Below are positions 10,001 to 17,308 of a stretch of DNA of 23,808 nt, piece after piece (the stretch's first letter is position 1; each line of letters starts with the position of its first letter). Source of the DNA: Candidatus Hermodarchaeota archaeon (GTDB lineage: Archaea > Asgardarchaeota > Lokiarchaeia > Sigyniarchaeales > SOKP01); assembly GCA_048885925.1 (NCBI GenBank), contig JBHLLG010000040.1:1-23808 (forward strand), read 5' to 3'. The notes beneath the pieces are model-generated. The model saw only the letters and a list, made by a program, of their open reading frames with translations. It was not told the origin of the DNA and made no database searches. The translations under genes were made by a program, and so were the position numbers.

Positions 10001-13000
10001 GAACAAAAAAGACTAAAAGCAAAAGAAATTGAAGTTCTCCAAAGAGAAGAGTTACTTCAAAAAATGGAAAGTAAAAAGTTAGAAGCTTTTAAAATCATGG
10101 ATAATGCTGAACTTTTATTTAAACAAAGTAATTATGAAGATTCTATTAAAAAATACCAACAAGCTGAATTAATATTAAATGAAATAAATTTTCCTACAAA
10201 TGTAGTAAGGGAAATGATTCAAAAAGTTCAAGAGAGAAAGAGAGAAGAAGATATTTATAAAATAAATGAATTTGAGCAAAAAATCAGAAGGGAGCAAGAA
10301 GAATATTCATTTCAACAACAGATTTTAGAAAAAATTCAATTAGAAGAACAGAATATGAAAGCAAAACAAGAAAAACTAAGGAAACAGGAGGAATTGAAAT
10401 TATATAGAGAACAGAAAAGACAGAATGCATTTAGTCTTTTAGAAGAGGCTCAAAAACAAATTGAAAACAGTAATTTTGATAACGCAATCAAATTATATCG
10501 TGAAGCCGAAGTTATTTTCAGAGAAATAGAGTGGAATGAACAAATTGAATTGATTCAGAATTCTATTAATGTAATAGAGAATAAGAAAAGAGAGGCAGAG
10601 TTACAAAAACAAAAAGAATTTGAAATAACCCTTGAAAAAGAAAGACAAGAAAAATTATTTCACGAAAACCTTATTAAAGAGATGAAAATCCAACGTAAGG
10701 AATTACAAAAAAAAGAAATCCAATTTAGAGAACTGGAAAAGGAGTTAGCATATAGAGAGGAAAGAAAAAATTATGCATTTAACTTATTAGATAAAGCCCA
10801 AAATCATATTTCACAGGGGGAATTTGATAAATCAATTGAAGTTTATCATAATATAGCTAATATTTTTGCAGAAATTCAATGGACAGATGAAATTCCTATC
10901 ATTAGTAAAGCAATTCAGAATATAAAAGCTAAAAAGAAAGAAAAAGAATTGCTAAAACAGAAATCCTTTCAGGATGCAATAGAAAAAGAAAAAGAAGATT
11001 TTGCTTTTTTGGAAAAGATAAGACTCCTACAAGAAAAAGAAAAAGAAAAAGCTATAAAACAAAAGGAATTAATTCAAAGGAAAGAACTATTATCTTCTCA
11101 AGTCTTATCTAAGGAAGAAAAAGCCTTTAAATTGATAGATGAAGGTTATTCTCTACTTAATCAAAAGAATTATGATAAAGCGTTACAAAATTATCAAGAT
11201 GTAATAAAAATTTTAACTGGAATAGGATGGACGAGTGAATATTTAACAATACTCCAGAATAATATAAAAGAAATCGAAATTCGAAAACAACAAATTGAAA
11301 AAGAGAAAAGATTGGAAGAAGAATTATTAATTAAACGTCAAAAAGAAGAAGAACAATTCCAAAATAAAATTATAGAATATATGGAAAACGAACAAAAAAG
11401 ATTACGAGCTAAACAAATTGAAATCCAACGACAGGAAGCTCAACAGCGGGAAATGGAAAAGAAAAGATCAGATGCATTTAAATTGATGGATATAGCAGAA
11501 AATTTCTTTAACAAAAAACAATATGATCAAGCAATTGAAAAATATCGTCAATCAGAATTAATCTTAAACGAAATTGGATTTCCAACTAAGGCAATCACAG
11601 AAACGATTAATAAAACTCAAGAGAAAATTAGAGAAGAGTTCATTTTAAAACAAAAGGAGTTAGAAAAAAATCTTCAACAAGAACGTAATAATCTTAAATT
11701 CCAACAGAAAATAAAAGAAAATCTTAGATTAAATGAAATGAAAATGAAAGCAAAACAAGAAGAATTAAAAAAACAGAGAGAAAAACAAGCATATATGGAT
11801 AATAGAAAAGTAGAAGCGTTCGATCTTCTTAAAGAAGCAGAAACATACGTAGTTCAAACGCAATATGACAAAGCTCTTGAATATTATTATGCTGCAGAAT
11901 CAATATTAAATGAAATTGCATTTCCAACCCAAACCATTCGAGAAGTAATTCTTAAAGTTCAAGAGAAGAAACGCAAATATCAACTACAAAAACAAAAAGA
12001 GTTCGATATAGAAATGCAAAAAGAACGAGAGGAGTGGGAATTACAGCAAAAACTAGCAGCTAATTTACAATTAGAAAAAGAACGTTTGAAAGTAAAGGAA
12101 TTAGAGATTTTAAAGAAGGAGCAGTTAAAATCAAAACTCGAGAAAAGGAAAGAGCAAGCATTTAAAATGTTAGATGAAGCTGAACAATTGCTTAAAGCAA
12201 AAAATTATGATAATGCATTAGTTTGCTATAGAAAAGCAGAGACCATTTTAAATGAATTACAATTTCCAACAGATTCAATTAAGAATATGGCATTTAGAAT
12301 TAAAAAATTACAAAAACAAAAAGAAGAACAAGAAAGTTTGAAATATCAAAAAGAATTAGAGAGATTTGAAGAAGAAAGATTATTAAAATCCCTTATTGAG
12401 GAAAGAAAGTGGCAAGAAAGAGAAAGAAAGAAAGCCCAACAATTAGCACTTGAAGAACGAGAGAGGATTATTCAAGAACAAATGAGTGTGAGAGAATCAG
12501 CCTATTCTTTGTTAGAAGAAGCTGGGAATTATTTGAAACAACGAACTCCAAACTACAATCAAGCTATCTCTTTATATGTTCAAGCAAAGAACATTTTATC
12601 AGAAAATATTGGTTGGGAACCAGAAATAAATAATTTAGATGCATTAATTAAAGATTTACAACAAGAAGAAGCTAATTTTCTAGAAAAAAAACGTTTGGAA
12701 GAACAAGCTCGTTTGCAACGTGAATATGAACTTGCTCAATTTCAAGAAGAAGTGAGAAGAAGAAGATTAGAACAAGAAAAGGTAAAGAGAGAACAAGAAA
12801 AGCAATATCGGGATCTAATATATAAAAAGCAACACATAGAGCAAATAAGAGATGAAGGTTTAAGACTCATTGATGAGGGGAAAAAACTAGCTGCATATCA
12901 TAATTTTGAAAAAGCATATAAGAACTTTGAAGCTTCGATTTTAAAGTTCAGAGATATCGGTTGGAACGAAGAGATAAAATATATTGAAACTGAAATTAAA

Positions 13001-13426
13001 AATACAAAAATTTTAGAAGAAAAAGTAAAAAAAGATGAAAAAAGAATCCAAACAATCCAAGAACAGTTAGAAGAACAAAGAATTTTAGAAGTCGAACGTA
13101 TAAAAGCTGAAGAAGAAAAATTAAGAGGAACAATTGGTGAGGTTAGTGAATTAGCTGATGATCTAATAAGTTTGATTGAAGAAAGAAAAAAAGAACAAAA
13201 ATTAATAGAAGCAAAGGGCAAAGAGAAGATTAAGTATAAAGCAAAGCAATTCCGAAAGGAAATGACAAACTTAATAAAAATGAAACAAGAACTAATGGCT
13301 GAGATTACAAAAAAGGAAGAAAATGAAAGACTATTTGAAGAAAAGTTAGAAAAGTCTAAAGAAAGAGAAGAAGTCGACAATATTAAGAGAATGATTAAGG
13401 AAGCGGCTGAAAAGAAGAAAAAATAA
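7049..13426 (+). CDS. Giant (2125 aa) repeat protein: ~18 MIT/TPR-like helical modules separated by E/K/Q/R-rich helical linkers
   Basis: Recurring AFxLLxxA-x(6-7)-[FY]DxAIxxYxxA-x(4-6)-I-x-[W/FP] unit with a 114-117 aa period in the central region. Uninterrupted 6.4-kb ORF with TTG start. Confidence 0.85.
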   Translation: MIKLQNPEELAQEALKFLDIAQKFEEDNNIEQAISTYQKAADFLKKSGFLMHRIEEIYDRISELKDFLQKETFYQRAQTKAQVEHLQDQAFNLLEGAKKLEFEGFVEDSIQQYMSAIKLLDQTGWSETQLENIKSKINELVRNLEQKKLLKKTHQQELEVQQPITQIQPDENLQVVGIFGQKSDAEKLKVIETFRKKKKHEEDIQNQAFAHIDAAKIFEKDKKFDNAIMNYERAIELLKSIGWSAQIRNIQVIIGKLQRDKAQFEALEARQQELTVPLTGDIEKQKIILEKEAKQKKEKLTEFEAKKKIEEEVQYKAFQLLDIGNRLEREKKYDEAIEKLEQAVQHLRSIDWDTYIQPITKLINNVKEKQKSELKLEEEKEKRERSLVELKDSIFKKQREEIVQSASELDTKRKAYLERRKLEKKKEEDLFITLEKADEILKDKNFDDAINEYKKALIILKSLGSVWEVYTSMIKNTISNIEKLKHSQLEKKYEEQKKLEAREYEELDFQKQIINLLKKEQEKLKEKEIVIKDREEEIILFENRKKTAFEFLDSAIDHLKNGNYEESIRAYQNAGSIFAEIRWTDEISLIENSIQEVEDLIRIQKIQKQKAFQDIIERQKEEEEFQKQISNYLQEEREKLKKKEVEIMEREKESKYREKKREAGFKLLEEAQVNVKQGNFDNAIEILQYAISFFTDAQWQNEITFIQNSIVEIENKKREAEIQKQIKFQAELEREKRERVFQEAITREMKAQQAEFKKREIILREREKETAYREKKKEEAFDLLDKAQDFLSHNKFDETLELYYNIANIFAQIQWIEEIPIIQEAIQNIENKRRENQLYKQKLLQKAIKKEASNKAFIEKIKYQRERKKIEAIQEKEMLEKQKKLSAQNLNKQQKAFKLIEDGDILITKEDFDGAISSYNNAAEILKDIGWGEEYLKSLKETIDMIELRKKEKEKEKQKQFEISLKQQKEDELFQKTIKEYMQKEQKRLKAKEIEVLQREELLQKMESKKLEAFKIMDNAELLFKQSNYEDSIKKYQQAELILNEINFPTNVVREMIQKVQERKREEDIYKINEFEQKIRREQEEYSFQQQILEKIQLEEQNMKAKQEKLRKQEELKLYREQKRQNAFSLLEEAQKQIENSNFDNAIKLYREAEVIFREIEWNEQIELIQNSINVIENKKREAELQKQKEFEITLEKERQEKLFHENLIKEMKIQRKELQKKEIQFRELEKELAYREERKNYAFNLLDKAQNHISQGEFDKSIEVYHNIANIFAEIQWTDEIPIISKAIQNIKAKKKEKELLKQKSFQDAIEKEKEDFAFLEKIRLLQEKEKEKAIKQKELIQRKELLSSQVLSKEEKAFKLIDEGYSLLNQKNYDKALQNYQDVIKILTGIGWTSEYLTILQNNIKEIEIRKQQIEKEKRLEEELLIKRQKEEEQFQNKIIEYMENEQKRLRAKQIEIQRQEAQQREMEKKRSDAFKLMDIAENFFNKKQYDQAIEKYRQSELILNEIGFPTKAITETINKTQEKIREEFILKQKELEKNLQQERNNLKFQQKIKENLRLNEMKMKAKQEELKKQREKQAYMDNRKVEAFDLLKEAETYVVQTQYDKALEYYYAAESILNEIAFPTQTIREVILKVQEKKRKYQLQKQKEFDIEMQKEREEWELQQKLAANLQLEKERLKVKELEILKKEQLKSKLEKRKEQAFKMLDEAEQLLKAKNYDNALVCYRKAETILNELQFPTDSIKNMAFRIKKLQKQKEEQESLKYQKELERFEEERLLKSLIEERKWQERERKKAQQLALEERERIIQEQMSVRESAYSLLEEAGNYLKQRTPNYNQAISLYVQAKNILSENIGWEPEINNLDALIKDLQQEEANFLEKKRLEEQARLQREYELAQFQEEVRRRRLEQEKVKREQEKQYRDLIYKKQHIEQIRDEGLRLIDEGKKLAAYHNFEKAYKNFEASILKFRDIGWNEEIKYIETEIKNTKILEEKVKKDEKRIQTIQEQLEEQRILEVERIKAEEEKLRGTIGEVSELADDLISLIEERKKEQKLIEAKGKEKIKYKAKQFRKEMTNLIKMKQELMAEITKKEENERLFEEKLEKSKEREEVDNIKRMIKEAAEKKKK
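9035..12500 (+). repeat. Intragenic higher-order repeat (module order A-B-C-D-A'-B'-C'-D'-D''-D''')
   Basis: Conserved Phe codons at 9041, 9389, 9737, 10088, 10430, 10778, 11126, 11477, 11819 and 12161 give spacings of 348, 348, 351, 342, 348, 348, 351, 342 and 342 nt, i.e. a 1389-nt super-period. Confidence 0.85.
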
Positions 13427-13582
13427 TAAGATTCTTCTATCCTTTTTTCTTAATTTTAAAAATGCCTGATAAATGATAATTCTAGATTAATTACTTTATA
13501 TAAATAAAGAATTAACTGAAAGAATTTAAATTTTGAATATTAAATATTAATATTATAAAATTAAAAATTAAAGTAGTTAAAA

Positions 13583-15166
13583 ATGACAGAAAAAACAGAG
13601 GATATAGTTAAATCCCGAATGTATGCTCGACAAAAATTAATTGATGGATGGGATCAAGAAATTATTGATAAAGGAGTAATTATGATTATTGGTGTTGGTG
13701 CTTTAGGTTGCGAGATAGCTAAGGATTTCGCTCTTATGGGAATTGGTAAACTGATCCTTGTTGATCTTGACACCATTGAAACTTCCAATTTGTCACGACA
13801 GATGCTTTTTAAACCCGGTGATGAAGGTCGTCCTAAAGCTGAAGTCGCCGCAGAAAGATTGAAGGAGATGAATCCATACCTCAAGGTGGATTATTATTTT
13901 GAGAAGCTTCAAAAATTACCCATGTCCGTATATGAAGAATCCGATGTAGTAGTTGCAGCTCTAGATAATTTTAATGCTAGATTAGACTTGAATAAAATAT
14001 GTCTTCGCCTGAAGAAACCTATGGTAGAAGGTGGAACAGTGGGATTTGAAGGCCATGTACAGATTGTAATTCCTAAAGAATCAGAATTAAAATATAAAAG
14101 TAAAGAACAAGAAATTGATAATTTAGTCCAATCAAAACTTTGGGAGATAACAGAAAGCGAATATCCTGATTATTTCAAAGCACAGAGAAGAATTGAAGAA
14201 TTAGAGGAAGAAATAGAAAATATTAAAGCAGAAAGTATAAGCCCTCTGGTTCAAAGATTTCGTAAAGAAATTGAAATGGTTTTTGATTGGAAATATGCTC
14301 CAGAATTGTTAGATCAAACTCCATGTTATAGGTGTTTAGTCCCAATACCTCCAGCAGACGATAAACTTGTCGCAGCATGTACCTTAAAGGGCTTACCACG
14401 GAATCGAAATCATTGCGTCATAAAAGCTGAAGTGGATTTTGAAAAAATGTATGGTCATAAACCAGAACTTAATTTAAATGACGAAGTACTCAAATTGAAA
14501 GAACTAGCACAAATTGAATTAGAAAAATTAAGAGAACGTGTATTAAATGAAAATATTTCGGAGGAGAAAAGAGAAACATTAAACGAAGAAGAGATTAAGG
14601 AGTGGAAACGAAATATATATGAAACTTTTGGACCAGATTATAAATTTGAAGAAATGGAAAATATTCTTGGAAATAAAATTGCTGCTATACAGACAGTTAG
14701 CTCAGTAATAGCTAGCATCCAATCTCAAGAAGCACTTAAACTATTATTTAGAGTTAATGGTAGGAATATTGGTACTCCCATGGATCCACCTTATGTGAAT
14801 TATAATGGGATATATGGACAATTTGATCACTTAAATATAATAAAAAGAGAGGATTGCCTTGCTTGTGGAATAATTGAAGGAGAAGAGAATGTTCAAATTG
14901 TCGTTCCATTCGATGCAAAGATTGGTTATATTTTTGAAGCGTTGAAAGTAACTGGTTACGAATTAGATCCAGAATTATGGATGATTACAAATCCAATGAC
15001 AAAAGAAATCTATTGGAATCCTTATATGCCTTCGCTTAAAGATCCACATATAAAGTTAACCTCCTTAAAAATAAAAAGTAATGATATAGTTAGCTTAACT
15101 CCTTTAGGAAAAGCTTTAACAGAATCAGATATCAAGAAATATAATGTTGTTATTGCTTTTATGTAA
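13583..15166 (+). CDS. E1 ubiquitin/Ubl-activating enzyme (ThiF/MoeB adenylation domain, catalytic-Cys domain, probable C-terminal ubiquitin-fold domain)
   Basis: RMYARQ, GVGALGCE, VDLDTIETSNLSRQMLF, KAEVAA, LDNFNAR, GGTVGFEG; Zn pairs CYRC and CLAC; catalytic motif ACTLKGLPRNRNHC (Cys266) resembling UBA3/UBA2. Confidence 0.9.
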   Translation: MTEKTEDIVKSRMYARQKLIDGWDQEIIDKGVIMIIGVGALGCEIAKDFALMGIGKLILVDLDTIETSNLSRQMLFKPGDEGRPKAEVAAERLKEMNPYLKVDYYFEKLQKLPMSVYEESDVVVAALDNFNARLDLNKICLRLKKPMVEGGTVGFEGHVQIVIPKESELKYKSKEQEIDNLVQSKLWEITESEYPDYFKAQRRIEELEEEIENIKAESISPLVQRFRKEIEMVFDWKYAPELLDQTPCYRCLVPIPPADDKLVAACTLKGLPRNRNHCVIKAEVDFEKMYGHKPELNLNDEVLKLKELAQIELEKLRERVLNENISEEKRETLNEEEIKEWKRNIYETFGPDYKFEEMENILGNKIAAIQTVSSVIASIQSQEALKLLFRVNGRNIGTPMDPPYVNYNGIYGQFDHLNIIKREDCLACGIIEGEENVQIVVPFDAKIGYIFEALKVTGYELDPELWMITNPMTKEIYWNPYMPSLKDPHIKLTSLKIKSNDIVSLTPLGKALTESDIKKYNVVIAFM

Positions 15167-15252
15167 GTTCTTTTTATTATTTAAAAGATAATTATTAAAG
15201 AGAGGTTTAACTCATTCCTAAAAATAAGAAAGTAAAGCAAAAGGACAAACCA

Positions 15253-15768
15253 ATGAGTAAAACTTTATTTAAATTCATGAAAAGAGAGTTTACGCTTCGT
15301 GATAGGAAATTTCCTCCCATTGAAAAGATAAAAAAAACAAAAATAAAGAAGGGTGATGTTGTTTTGGATTATGGATGTGGTCCTGGAAGTTATACAATAG
15401 CTGCTGCAGAAATAGTAGGTAATACAGGAAAAGTGTATGCCGCGGATATTCATCCTTTAGCAATTGAAGAAGTCAATAAGAGGGCAATAGAGAGAGGAAT
15501 AAAAAACATTGAGACGATTTTAACAAGTTGTGATACAGAATTAGAGAGTTGTGTCATTGATGTTGTTCTATTATTAGATATTTACCACGATCTCTCAAAT
15601 CCTGAAGTAATCCTAAAAGAGTTACACCGTGTCTTAAAAAAAGATGGATGGCTCTCAGTAGATGATCATCATCTAAAGGATGATGAGATTGTAAACAATA
15701 TCACATCTACAGGTTTATTTAGATTTTATGAACAAGATGATAAACTCTTCAATTTCATTAAAATGTAG
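15253..15768 (+). CDS. Class I SAM-dependent methyltransferase
   Basis: Motif I VLDYGCGPG, VYAADI, ELHRVLKKDG. Ends TAG TAG TAA. Confidence 0.88.
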   Translation: MSKTLFKFMKREFTLRDRKFPPIEKIKKTKIKKGDVVLDYGCGPGSYTIAAAEIVGNTGKVYAADIHPLAIEEVNKRAIERGIKNIETILTSCDTELESCVIDVVLLLDIYHDLSNPEVILKELHRVLKKDGWLSVDDHHLKDDEIVNNITSTGLFRFYEQDDKLFNFIKM

Positions 15769-15798
15769 TAGTAATATAAAAATTGTCTTACCTTTCTT

Positions 15799-16404
15799 TT
15801 AATTCACTAATTTCTTTCTAACTAAATTTATCAAATCATCTATAAAGTATGATTCTATACCAGCATTTTTTCCTGTTAGAATATCACTTTCTAAATCGCC
15901 AAAATATATTACTTGTTCTTTCTTTACGCCATAATGATCTTCAATTTTTAAAAGGCCATCTGGTGCGGGTTTCCATTTTCTCACATCTTCTCTACCTACT
16001 ATAAAGTCTATTTTTTTAGCTATATTTGCTATCTCTAAAGCTCGAATTACTGAAATTCTTGTGTTAAGTGATAAAACAGCAAATTTAGTTTCTTTTTTGA
16101 CCCCGAATAATTCTTTATTTTTGATAAAAAAAATAGTTTCATTAATAGGTTGAGTTTCTTTTATATTTTCAAGCTCGTAATGTCGAATAATATCAAAAAA
16201 ATTTTCTAGTACTTGTTCATCATTCTTTTTAACGATACTATCTAAACACTTTGAGATTCTTTTGAAATCACAATTATCATTATATATTTGTTTATACTTC
16301 TTGATTAAAACATCTTTTAATGCAATCCAGTCTGCTGTTAAATTAACAATTGTTCCATCTAAGTCGAAAACTATAATTTTTTTATTGTCAAATATAATTT
16401 TCAT
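15799..16404 (-). CDS. HAD-superfamily hydrolase (phosphoglycolate phosphatase-like)
   Basis: FDLDGT (motif I), LSLN (II), KPAPDG (III), GDLESD (IV). Confidence 0.9.
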   Translation of the reverse strand: MKIIFDNKKIIVFDLDGTIVNLTADWIALKDVLIKKYKQIYNDNCDFKRISKCLDSIVKKNDEQVLENFFDIIRHYELENIKETQPINETIFFIKNKELFGVKKETKFAVLSLNTRISVIRALEIANIAKKIDFIVGREDVRKWKPAPDGLLKIEDHYGVKKEQVIYFGDLESDILTGKNAGIESYFIDDLINLVRKKLVN

Positions 16405-16497
16405 AATACTTTAATAGGTGTTATTTTCAATCTACTGAATTGAAATTATCATAACATAAAAAATAAAAATATGAAAGAGAAAATTAATTAAATTTCT

Positions 16498-17019
16498 TTA
16501 ATCCATGGCATATTTCTTAGTCCAAGCCGCTGCTTTAGCCTCAAACTTTTTCTGTGCTCTAAAATATTGTTCTCCTGCTTCATGATTTAACGGGTCACCT
16601 GGATTAAAGAAGGGAGGTTCAATATGCATCATCCCTTTTAAAGCTTCTATGATATTTGTAAGTGTTTTACTTGGAGTCCAACCTGAAGCTCCAGTACTAG
16701 CATCTACTTTTCCAACTAGATCAGGGTTAATTAGATCTAAACAAATATTAAGTTTTCCAGGAGGAATTGAGGAATCAATATTAGGGTGCCACATTAAAGT
16801 AACTGCGTATGCGTATGGGGGAGCAAAAGGGTAGTTTTCAGGAAACTTGATTTCAAATACAAACTTACCATCTGCATAAGGAGTTCCTTTCTTTCCTATG
16901 ATGGTAAGTCTTAAGTGATCAATACTTCTACCCCATGGTTCTAAAATAACCAGTGGATCATTTTTGTATGCCTCGATTGCCTCAGTATAGTCTGTTTCTT
17001 CTCTAATGATGATCACCAA
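16498..17019 (-). CDS. E2 ubiquitin-conjugating enzyme (UBC fold)
   Basis: GKKGTPYADGKF, FPENYPFAPP, WHPNID, catalytic ICLDL (Cys codon 16741-16743), WTPS, DPLNHEA and a C-terminal AAAWTKKYA helix. Start uncertain (TTG 17019, GTG 17016 or ATT 17007). Confidence 0.93.
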   Translation of the reverse strand: MVIIIREETDYTEAIEAYKNDPLVILEPWGRSIDHLRLTIIGKKGTPYADGKFVFEIKFPENYPFAPPYAYAVTLMWHPNIDSSIPPGKLNICLDLINPDLVGKVDASTGASGWTPSKTLTNIIEALKGMMHIEPPFFNPGDPLNHEAGEQYFRAQKKFEAKAAAWTKKYAMD

Positions 17020-17113
17020 TCTTTTAATTTTGCTTTTTAATTTTAATTGTTATATGAGTTAAATTTTATAAAATTATTGATTAATTGAATAAAAATTTTT
17101 CACAGCAAAAGTA

Positions 17114-17267
17114 TTTTATGCTTTTTATTTGTAAAATTTTTGGGTTAATATCATTATAAAGTAAATTTATATTAAGTTTTTTTAATCAAAAAGAAATGTT
17201 GAGTTACACACAAAAATTTGTAGATTCAATTTTATAAAAATCATTTTCTAAAGTAAAAAGCATAAAA
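17114..17267. promoter_or_regulatory. 17-bp imperfect inverted repeat between the divergent E2 gene and tRNA-Tyr
   Basis: TTTTATGCTTTTTATTT (17114-17130) versus AAGTAAAAAGCATAAAA (17251-17267), 16/17 complementary. Confidence 0.4.
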
Positions 17268-17308
17268 AATATATAAATTCTATAATTATTTAATTTTAAA
17301 TAAATAAA

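Noticed and set aside
8455-13380. Minus-strand ORFs inside the giant gene (8455-8664, 8751-8939, 9050-9235, 9315-9524, 9335-9571, 12898-13380)
   Set aside because: Fully nested antisense to a purine-rich CDS; low-complexity F/S/L translations without motifs.
14075-14317. E1 insertion as an intein
   Set aside because: No N-terminal Cys/Ser block, no terminal His-Asn, and the insert is short and helical.
13654-16834. Small overlapping ORFs 13654-13884, 15265-15453 and 16649-16834
   Set aside because: Antisense to well-supported E1, methyltransferase and E2 genes.
13427-17308. Search for a ubiquitin/Ubl (C-terminal GG), RING E3 or JAMM gene near E1/E2
   Set aside because: The intergenic gaps are short or stop-rich and no such ORF was seen. 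The E1 C-terminal putative ubiquitin-fold ends in IAFM, not GG.
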